NCBI GenBank assembly: GCA_964036045.1
Contig: OZ038379.1
Location: 78,740,001-78,804,000 of the forward strand
Length of the DNA stretch: 64,000 nt
Source of the DNA: Eutreptiella sp. 'Long Island Sound 2002'
Taxonomy: Eukaryota > Protista > Euglenida
Direction of reading: 5' to 3'
Shown: one piece after another, positions 34,809-44,664 of the stretch
How the letters are laid out: every line of letters starts with the position of its first letter
Numbering within the stretch: position 1 is the stretch's first letter
Position numbers and translations under genes: made by a program
Notes under the pieces: generated by a model
The model's database searches: none
What the model was told of the DNA's origin: nothing
What the model saw: only the letters and a program-made list of their open reading frames with translations

Positions 34809-37039
34809 ACATGCGCTCGAGCATGCTTTACATCGAGGTGGGGTCCATGAGGTGGGGAAACAGGAGCTAGGGGAGGTGAAACAAAGGTGGACGGGGCCGT
34901 ATGGGGGTTCCCATAGTGACGGAGTGGAAGGTCAAATTGCAAAAACCCGTACTTTTATACGTGCAACACCACCGCCCCCTCCCGTCTAATGTTGTTGTGC
35001 GCGGCATCCCCCCTCCACGGGCCATGTGGGCATTGTAGGCGGGCTTGAGGTCAGCGTTGATGCTCTAAAAAACATATGCGCACACCGTGCCAATGTGTCA
35101 ATTTTTGAGTCATTTTGATTAATTTTTGCGTGCTAATATTAACGCCGGCAACTTGTAATATCTATATATCAATTAATATTTGGTGTGTTAATATTGACGT
35201 CGAAAAATGAACCATTAAGTGTGAAAAATTAGTTTCTTTTGTTTTTTTGTACACATGGATGGAGTGGAGCTATGTCTAGTGGCAGCTCCAGCGGTGGCGG
35301 CAGCGGCCGCACCAGCTCTACCCCCTCCGCCGAGCCAAGGGGGCGAGGAGTCTCCTCTAACAAGCAGAGAGAGCAAGGAAATAAAAAGAAGGAAAAGGAG
35401 GGGAAACGGAGGAGGCAGAGGGGCAGCTAGGGGGATAGCCAGGTGAGTGCACATTGGGGGGCAAGGGGGGTGGGTCAATATAGAGGTGAATGGTGAGGTG
35501 GTGGTAGACGAGGGGGGGGGGGTGGGGAGGGAGATATTGTGGCCATCAACCCCCCCCCAACCCACACTAACCCTGCCCCGGTGCCTCTTAAAGACCCTGG
35601 GGCTACCAGTGCTGCCACCCGCAAGGCTATGGGGATCCAGTGGTCTGCCTAGGCCTTGCAAGAGGGCTGTGCAGGAGGGCTGTGCAGGGGACCGGCCACG
35701 TTCTGTGGGTGCCACCCACTGGCACATGACAGTGCAGTGGGTTTTCAGGCGCCTCATGCGTTGTGTCATTCACTGCAAAAGCGATTGGAGAGGTACCTGA
35801 AAGCACCATGCGGATCGTGGGGGCACCTGGACGTGGCAGCCAAGGCCAGGCCAGCCCGTGAGCCCGGTCCCAGAGCGCTTCAGCGTTGGCGCCGTGGGCT
35901 CCCTCAATCGCTGTGGGGACCCCCAGGGGGTGCGCTTTGGCTTGCAGCACTGGATGGCCCTGAGATGGTGCCAGTAGTGGCGCTCGGGCAAGGCGTTGGT
36001 GTTTGCACCGGTGTGGACGGTTGTGTTGGCACTGCCCCAGCCAGTGTACGGGCATTTGGTAAAACCTAGTATGTGCCGTGGCTAAATCTAGTAAAATGTA
36101 GTAAAACCTAGAAAAATGAAGTAAAACCCAGTGAAAAAAAATTTCGAATTTTTTTTTAAATTTTTTTGCTTCGTCAAAAAAGCAGAAATTTTAAAACGTT
36201 TTCCTTACTAGGTTACTAGGGAGTCACAAATTTGGACTTGAATTTAAACAAAAAACACAAAGTGTATGGGGGGGGGGGGTCAACGGTACGTGGTATTTGT
36301 GTTTCAGGGCATGTGCCCCCTGGTTGATTGCAGGCCACTTGTGAAACTCGCGCCCCACCCGGGCCAAACCGTGTACCGCAAGGTCGGCAGAAACAAAATG
36401 AGGGTTAAGAAAAGAAGGAGCTTTTATATCAAAAATATATACATACATATATGAGCTGCACACACGTGTGCTTTATATGAAGTCGCAAAACACATGCTTG
36501 TAGATGAGGCACGCCTTCTTATCTTTGTAGGTGGGTTGTACTGAGGGAGGAATGTGCTTGCACATGTTGCGAAGTACGTGCGTGGTCTTCATATCCAACT
36601 CTTCAATCAATTTTTTCCAAAAATGCAATTTACCAAAGGCATGTGTGGGGTAATGCTCTGGAACAAAAAGTTCCTTACCATGGATCACCACCCTCGGACG
36701 GACCTGATCTACAAAAGGCGGCTTGTCAACCACAAGCCGGTCACCCAACGCGAATGCCGATACAATGCATGCCACAGTGGTAATAACTTGCACTCTCCAG
36801 TTGTGCAATGCCACACATAACTCCGAGGGACACAAAACGGAAGCATGCAGGACACACTGATAAACTCCACATTCATGGCACGTGATGTGGACTGTGTCGT
36901 TGAAAAAAAAGCACGACAAACAGCGGGGTGAACAATAGGGCCTAGCATACATCTATGCCAAGGCCCAACTGGGTGTGGTTTGAATACGGGAGGCGTGCGC
37001 AGAATCGCGATAGTGCAAAGCTGCCCCTGCAATCTCACG

Positions 37040-37640
37040 CAACAACCACAATCTGTCTTGTGGAAATTGGATGCTACTGTTGACAACACGCCTAGACAAA
37101 AGGCAATGTAGCATCACAAGGTAGGCAGGATGGCTGCTTACACCGTCCTCTTGATGTAGGAAGGTGGAGTACAGGGGGGTTATAGCAAAAGCTACACCGC
37201 CAAACTCACCCAAAATCCTGTCCCACCTCTTCTGCGGCCTTGGCTCAATGCCTTCTTGTTTGGCAATGAGGTTGACTATGGCCAACTCCTTGGTGTTTGC
37301 ATCTAGTATCTACGGCTTGTTACACTGCGGATCCAACACGAGGCACAAGAAAGCGCGTGTTGGGGAAACCAACAACAAGCGTAGCATGCAATGTGTATTG
37401 CACACATGATATACTTGCGCCGCAAGCAAAGGAGGTGCATACACCATTTCAATGGACAATATTTCGAAAATACGCAGCGCCCATGACTCAACCAACACCT
37501 TCTTACCACCCGACGGCATAGATGACACATTCCACAATGAGTCACGCACAACCCACGCCACTCCCATAAGCCACCAATAATACACATCAATCTCTGCACT
37601 ATCTGTAACCCAAGATTCTGAGTAAACATCCCTCAAATGG
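37040..37640 (-). pseudogene. Ulp1/peptidase C48-like cysteine protease remnant inside the MULE
   Basis: SWVTD..EIDVY (WxxD), THCML (catalytic His position), VLDP (Asp) and TDCG (Cys; frameshifted from QFPQ) in the expected order. Confidence 0.6.
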
Positions 37641-38439
37641 CGTGCCTCCAAGCTATAATGTTGAGGGCCCGAACTTGGAAGGATCACGTCAAGTGGTCGT
37701 TCCCAATCATCTCGGAGCCATGACTCAACATGTTGCAATTGGGCCGCAGGGCTGCCTGGGCCGTTAGTCAGGGCATGGCACACGGCGGCCAAGATGTCAT
37801 CTCCACGAATAGGCCTCGTATGAACCATTCCAATCTGTGACGGCTGGGTGGTATTAGAGCATGGGGGTGGGGGGACATTCTCCGTGGGAGCATTGGGCTT
37901 GTCATCCAATTCCTCCATGGGCGGGTAGGAGAGGCATTTGCGGACACAATTGCGGGGAGGCTCAATCGCCACCCGGGTGTGGGGAGGGGGGGGACAAAGC
38001 ACACGGGGAGGAGGGGATAGTTTCGGCATGGGTTTGCGTGGGATGCAAGATCTTCCCAACTTCAACTTCCTCCTCCCACTTTTGCAGGACCCGTCGCGAC
38101 TCATCTCTGTCTTTAAACTTACAAGCAAAGCACTCCTCACCTTCCAACCACCACATGCACCTCTCGCAATAGACACACCATAAGAAAACTTTCCGATGGC
38201 ACTGCCCACAAGTGAAGGGGGGGGGGGTACAAGCGCATGGAATGCCACCGCTTGCTCCCACGGTCCAATTCCCGCTTAACAAGGGGTGCAAGGGCAAGTG
38301 GCTCACCGTCAAAGCTAGCATCCAATGAGGAATCAGAATCAGTATCAGAATTGGAGTCTGACGATTCTTGGCTCTTCGTGGCAACTTTCTTTTTTTTGGT
38401 GCTTTCTTGTGACTTCACAACACGCACATGAGGCGCTTC

Positions 38440-39660
38440 AACACAGGTTACAATGGTGCGTCTCACACGACCAAAACTTAAAGGGACGGGAACCAACAAA
38501 CTTCCACGAGTAGCCCAAAGGCACCTTGAAGCCCGGTTCCTTCACAAGAAGCGACAACAAGCAGCCTTCACAAACACCTAATGTGCAATATGTGGCACAT
38601 GTGCAAGCCTTCGCTGTGACATAGTGAACCCTCAAGAAGTCCACAAATTGGGGCCATGTGACATGACCTCTGTTAGATATGGTGGCCAAGGTATTCTTCC
38701 ACTGAGCCACTTGCATGCCATCAATTGGGGGGGGGGTTTGGCAAGAAGCCATGGTCTTGTGTTCTCGTCTGCAGCTGGCGGCGCCCAATTGGGGGGGGGG
38801 GGGTACTCCCGGACAGGCTTGCCGTTGGCACCCCGCTTTCGTGATACAACACCTTGATGGGAGAAGATTGCATATCCGTCATCAAAAAAGACTGCATCAT
38901 GAAGTATCCATTGGGCCTCTTGCCACATCCAGAGGAGGAGGCTGCATACCTCTACCCCGAGCTATTCGCGGCCTTTGTTCCATTGTTCACCCATTTGAGG
39001 CACAACCTCTTGCAGAAACTCACGCAACCCGTGCAACTTGTGCCGGTTGAGAGGTTTATTACAAAAAGCTCTTGAGTATACCGGTGTGCTGCACGGGACA
39101 CCGGGGTCAGAGTGGCCCACATGCCACCCTTGGCGTTTGTCAATATATCCTTTCTGGGCATGCACCAAATAATGGGGAGTTGCCGCATAATGGTCACTTA
39201 ACACGACCCAACCAACTTTGAAAACGGGTGTGCTCCGACTGAGATGCACGTCCCGGATGGCTGCGTGGACTTCTTCTCAGGTGGAGCGGTGCGAGATGAC
39301 CTTGTTCAAAGCCTTTAGCATTGCTCTTTGTGGGTGCCAGTACCACAAATGCCACACAATTGCAACACATAGTCGCTTTGCTGCATTATACATGGTGGGG
39401 TTACCATCGCTCATGAACTTTCCCATGCTCCAAGTGAAGCCTGGAAAGCGGGTGGAAATGGCACAGCGGGTGCACTGAGAAATGAGGTGCAAAGCAGCGG
39501 TGTACTCCTTTTCTACAAGACTAAAGGAAAGAAGTGCGGTGGTGTGGTTCATGGTAACCCCCCCCCCCCCAATAGCAGAATGCGGAGGCACTGTCATATC
39601 ACGTTCCCTACAACCTCCAACCAACACCATGGCACCTGGCGTGATTGCTGGAATTGTTCA
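38440..39660 (-). pseudogene. MULE transposase remnant with a SWIM-like zinc finger
   Basis: LLSFSLVEKE, FMSDGNPTMYNAAKRL..HLWYWH (MULE SD...CxxH region, C degraded) and CTCATYCTLGVC (SWIM-like CxC..C). Confidence 0.75.
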
Positions 39661-39694
39661 AATATTAGTCACGCGGTTTCCAATGCGCAAAAAC

Positions 39695-42600
39695 AATGAC
39701 GTGGATTGAGAGTCCCTAACCACAACTGAAGGGGCCACACAACAAAGCGTGGATTGCGAGTCCGTAACCCCAACTCAAGGGGCCATGCAGCAAAGTGTGC
39801 ATTGCGAGTCCCTAACCCCAACTCAAGGGACCACACAACAAAGCGTGGATTGCGACTCCCTAACCCCAACTCAAGGGGCCACACAACAAAGACTGCATTG
39901 CGAGCCCGTCACCCCAACTCAAGGGGCAATGCAACAAAGCGTGGATCGAGAGTCCCTAACCCCAACTCAAGGGGCCACGCAAAAAAGCGTGCATTGCAAG
40001 TCCCTAACCCCAACTCAAGGGCCCACGCAAGAAAGCGTGGATTGAGAGACCGTGACCCCAACTCAAGGGGCAATGCAACAAAGCATGAATTGCGAGTGCC
40101 TAACGTCAACTCAAGGGGCCACACAACAAAGTGTGAAGTGCGGGTCCCTAACACCAACTCAAGAGGCCACGCAACAAAGCGTGCATTGCGAGTCCCTAAC
40201 CCCAACTCAAGGGGCCACGCAACAAAGCGTGCATTGAGAGTCCGTGACCCCAACTCAAGGGGCAATGCAACAAAGCATGGAATGCGAGTGCCTAACGTCA
40301 ACTCAATAACAAAGTGTGAAGTGCGGGTCTCTAACCCCAACTCAAGAGGCCACGCAATTGGGCATGGTTTGGAGGTCCCTAACCCCAACTCAAGGGGCCA
40401 TGCAACAAAGCGTGCATTGCGTGTCCGTAACCCCAACTCAAGGGGCCACGCCACAAAGCGTGTTTTGAGAGTCCGTGACCCCAACTCAAGGGGCCATGCA
40501 ACAAAGCGTGGATTGAGAGTCCCTAACCCCAACTCAAGGCGCAATGCAACAAAGCGTGGATTGAGAGTCCCTAATCCCAACTCAAGGGGCTACGCAAAAA
40601 AGCGTACATTGCGAGTGCCTAACCCCAACTCAAGGGGCCACGCAACAAAGCCTGGTTTGGAAGTCCCTAACCCCAACTCAAGGGGCCATACAACAAAGCG
40701 TGCATTGCGAGTCTGTAACCCCAACTCAAGGGGCCACGCCACAAAGCGTGGTTTCAGAGTCCGTGACCCCAACTCAAGGGGCCATGCAACAAAGCGTGGA
40801 TTGCAGGTCCCTAACCCCAACTCAAGGGGCCACGCAACAAAGCGTGGATTGCGAGTTCCTAACCCCAACTCAAGGGGCCACACAACAAAGACTGCATTGC
40901 GAGCCCGTAACCCCAACTCAAGGGGCAATGCAACAAAGCGTCGATTGAGAGTCCCTAACCCCAACTCAAGGGGCCACGCAAAAAAGCGTGCATTGCAAGT
41001 CCCTAACCCCAACTCAAGGGGCCACGCAGCGAAGCGTGGATTGAGAGTCCGTGACCCCAACTCAAGGGGCAATGCAACAAAGCATGGATTGCGAGTGCCT
41101 AACGTCAACTCAAGGGGCCACACAACAAAGTGTGAAGTGTGGGTCCCTAACCCCAACTCGAGAGGCCACGCAACAAAGCGTGGTTTGAAAGTCCCTAACC
41201 CCAACTCAAGGGGCCATGCAACAAAGCGTGGATTGAGAGTCCCTAACCCCAACTCAAGGCGCCGCGCAACAAGGTGTGGATTGCAGGTCCCTAACCGCAT
41301 CTTAGGGGGCCACGCAACAAAGCGTGGATTGCGAGTTCCTAACCCCAACTCAAGGGGCCACACAACAAAGCGTGCATTGAGAGTCCGTGACCCCAACTCA
41401 AGGGGCAATGCAACAAAGCATGGAATGCGAGTGCGTAACGTCAACTCAATAACAAAGTGTGAAGTGCGGGTCTCTAACCCCAACTCAAGAGGCCACGCAA
41501 CAGGGCGTGGTTTGGAAGTCCCTAACCCCAACTCAAGGGGCCATGCAACAAAGCGTGCATTGCGTGTCCGTAACCCCAACTCAAGGGGCCACGCAGCAAA
41601 GCGTGTTTTGAGAGTCCGTGACCCCAACTCAAGGGGCCATGCAACAAAGCGTGGATTGAGAGTCCCTAACCCCAACTCAAGGCGCAATGCAACAAAGCGT
41701 GGATTGAGAGTCCCTAATCCCAACTCAAGGGGCTATGCAAAAAAGCGTACATTGCGAGTGCCTAACCCCAACTCAAGGGGCCACGCAACAAAGCGTGGAT
41801 TGAGAGTCCGTGACCCCAACTCAAGGGGCAATGCAACAAAGCATGGATTGCGAGTGCCTAACCCCAACTGAAGGGGCCACACAACAAAGTGTGAAGTGCG
41901 GGTCCCTGACCCCACCTCAAGAGGCCACACAACAAAGCTTGGTTTGGAAGTCCCTAACTCCAACTGAAGGGGCCACGCAAGAAAGCGTGGATTAAGAGTA
42001 CGTGACCCCAACTCAAGGGGCAATGCAACAAAGCATGGATTGCGAGTGCCTAAACCCAACTCAAGGGGCCACACAACAAAGTGTGAAGTGTGGGTCCCTA
42101 ACCCCAACTCAAGGGGCCACGCAGCAAAGCGTGGATTGAGAGTCCGTGACCCCAACTCAAGGGGCAATGCAGCAAAGCATGGATTGCGAGTGCCTAACGT
42201 CAACTGAAAGGGGCCACACGACAAAGCGTGAAGTGTGGGTCCCTAACCCCAACTCGAGAGGCCACGCAACAAAGCGTGGTTTGGAAGTCCCTAACCCCAA
42301 CTCAGAGGGCCACGCAACAAAGCGTGCATTGCGAGTCCGTAACCCCAACTCAAGGGGCCACACAACAAAGCGTGGTTTCAGAGTCCCTAACCCCAACTCA
42401 AGGGGCCACGCAACAAAGCGTGGATTGCGAGTCCCTAACCCAACTGAAGGGGCCACACAACAAAGCGTGGATTAGGAGTCCCTTACCCCAACTCAAGGGG
42501 CCACGCAAGAAAGCGTGCCTTGCGAGTCCCTAACCCCAACTCAAGGGGCCAAGCAACAAAGAGTGCATTGCGAGTCCCTAACCCTAGCTCAAGGGGCCAC

Positions 42601-43906
42601 GCAAGAAAGCGTGCATTGAGAGTCCGTGACCCCTACTCAAGGGGCCACGCAATGAAACGTGGATTGTGAGTCCCTAACCCCCACTCAATGGGCCACGGAG
42701 ACAAAGCGTGGAGTGCCAGTCCATAACCCCAACTCAAGGGCCCACACAACAAAGCGTGGATTGAGAGTCCCTAACCCCAACTCACGGGGCTGCGCAACCA
42801 AGTGTGCATTGCGAGTCCCTAACCCCAACTCAAGGAACCACACAACAAAGCGTGGATTGAGAGTCCCTAACCCCAACTCAAGGGGCCACGCAACGAAGCG
42901 TGGAAAGCGAGTCCCTAACCCCAACTCAATGGACCACACAACAAAGCGTGGATTGCAACTCCCTAACCCCACCTCAAGGGGCCACGCAACGAAGCGTGGA
43001 AAGCGAGTCCCTAACCCCAACTCAAGGGGCCACACAACAACGCGTGGATTGAGAGTCCCTAACACCAACTCAAGGGGCAATGCAACAAAGCATAGATTGC
43101 GACTCCCTAACCCCAACTCAAGGGGCCACGCCACAAAGCGTGCATTTCGTGTCCCTAACCCCAACTCAAGGGCCCACACAACAAAGCGTGGATTGAGAGT
43201 CCCTAACCCCAACTCAAGGGGCCATGCAGCAAAGTGTGCATTGCGAGTCCCTAACCCCAACTCAGGGGACCACACAACAAAGCGTGGATTCCGACGCCCT
43301 AACCCCAACTCAAGGGGCCATGCAACAGAGCGTGGAAAGCGAGTCCCTAACCCCAACTCAGGGGACCACACAACAAAGCGTGGATGGCGACTCCCTATCC
43401 CCAACTCAAGGGGCCACACAACGAAGCGTGGAAAGCGAGTCCCTAACCCCAACTCAAGGGGCCACACAACAAAGCGTGGATTGAGAGTCCCTAACACCAA
43501 CTCAAGGGGCAATGCAACAAAGCGTGCATTGTGAGTCCTTAACCCCAACTCAAGGGGCTAAGAAAACACAGTTCTGAGTGCAAGTCCCTAGCCCCAACTC
43601 AAGGGGCAATACAACATAGCGTGCATTGGGGGTCCCTAACACCAACTCAAGGGCCCACACAACAAAGCATAGATTGCGACTCCCTAACCCCAACTCAAGG
43701 GGCCACGCCACAATGCGTGCATTTCGTGTCCCTGACCCCAACTCAAGGGGCCATGCAACAAAGCGTGGATTGAGAGTCCCTAACCCCAACTCAAGGCGCA
43801 ATGCAACAAAGCATGCATTGTGAGTCCCTAACCCCAACTCAAGGGGCCACGCAACAAAGCATGCATTGTGAGTCCCTAACCCCAACTCAAGGGGCCACGC
43901 AACAAA
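39695..43906. repeat. 48-bp satellite, ~88 units, each with telomere-like CCCTAACCCCAA
   Basis: Consensus gagtccctaaccccaactcaaggggccacgcaacaaagcgtggattgc; period checked at 40154/40202; diagnostic variants recur at 999-bp and 1143-bp offsets. Confidence 0.95.
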
Positions 43907-44482
43907 ACTAAGTTTTACCACGGACTTTGCATTCTCGGGCGTCCCAGAACAGGGGTTCAACGGGGCCCTCACGAGGATAGTGGAAAAAAGCCCCTTAGAG
44001 CGGGGGTCAAGATCACAAGTGGCCAACAATGGGCCCGAAAGTTCTAAAGCCTAGTTGTTTTGTTTTTGAATGTTCTGAAACCTAGTAAAAAAATTTTTTT
44101 ACGAGGTTCTGGAACCTAGTAAAAACAAAAACTCTTTTTTATGGGGTTGTGAAACCTATTAAAAAAAACTTTTTTTTACTAGGTTCCCGATACCTAGCAA
44201 AAACTAGTGAACCTAGCAAACTGTTACCCAGTAGAAATTTTTTTAAAAAATTTTTTTACTAGGTTTTACTGCAGACCCCCAGTGTACGACCCCACCGCCC
44301 AGCACGCCGCCCAGCACACACGAGGGCGCCAGTAGCTGCACCCGCGCCACACCCAGGACCACCAGCCCCACAACCAAGGCGGCAACCGACCCCACCCCGC
44401 TGCCCCAGCGGCCCCCATGCCAGACCCGTGGAGGCACCGCAGGGGGGCTGTCCAGGCCCAAGGGGCCCAACCAGGGTTTGAG

Positions 44483-44664
44483 GTATGCTTGCTTGCTTGC
44501 TTTGCATTGTTTTTTTGGTTGTTTCGATTAATTTTTGCCTGTTAATATTTAATTGGTCGATCGCCGCCTCAAATATTAAAACTAACAGTTAATGTTAAAT
44601 CTGAAAAATAAAATAAAAAAAAGTGTCCCAAAAATTAATTCTTTGGCTGCTTGTTTTTTTTCAG
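44483..44664 (+). other. 182-bp putative GT-AG intron, AT-rich core
   Basis: tgag|gtatgc ... ttttttttcag|gttg between GC-rich coding-like flanks. Confidence 0.7.

Larger units (their letters stand above)
36050..44278 (-). mobile_element. Mutator-like (MULE) DNA transposon, 8229 bp, 9-bp TSD CCAGTGTAC
   Basis: TSD at 36041-36049 and 44279-44287; ends GGGcatttgGTAAAACCTAGTA and TACTAGGTTTTACtgcagaCCC; several ACCTAGTAAAA subterminal repeats; MULE, SWIM-like and Ulp1-like remnants inside. Confidence 0.9.

Noticed and set aside
35200-35223. CACAC-starting sequence (minus strand) as the right TIR of the RAG-like element
   Set aside because: No matching CAC end or 5-bp TSD was found on the left side, and coding-like sequence with the same motif family continues to the right.
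39754-41871. 705-aa ORF and other long ORFs on both strands of the 48-bp array
   Set aside because: The unit length is a multiple of 3 and some frames lack stops, so long ORFs are expected by construction; no non-repetitive domain is present.
39695-43906. CRISPR-like appearance of regularly spaced repeats
   Set aside because: The whole unit repeats with only point variants, there are no unique spacers and no cas genes, and the context is eukaryotic. The same applies to the 60-bp and 98-bp arrays.
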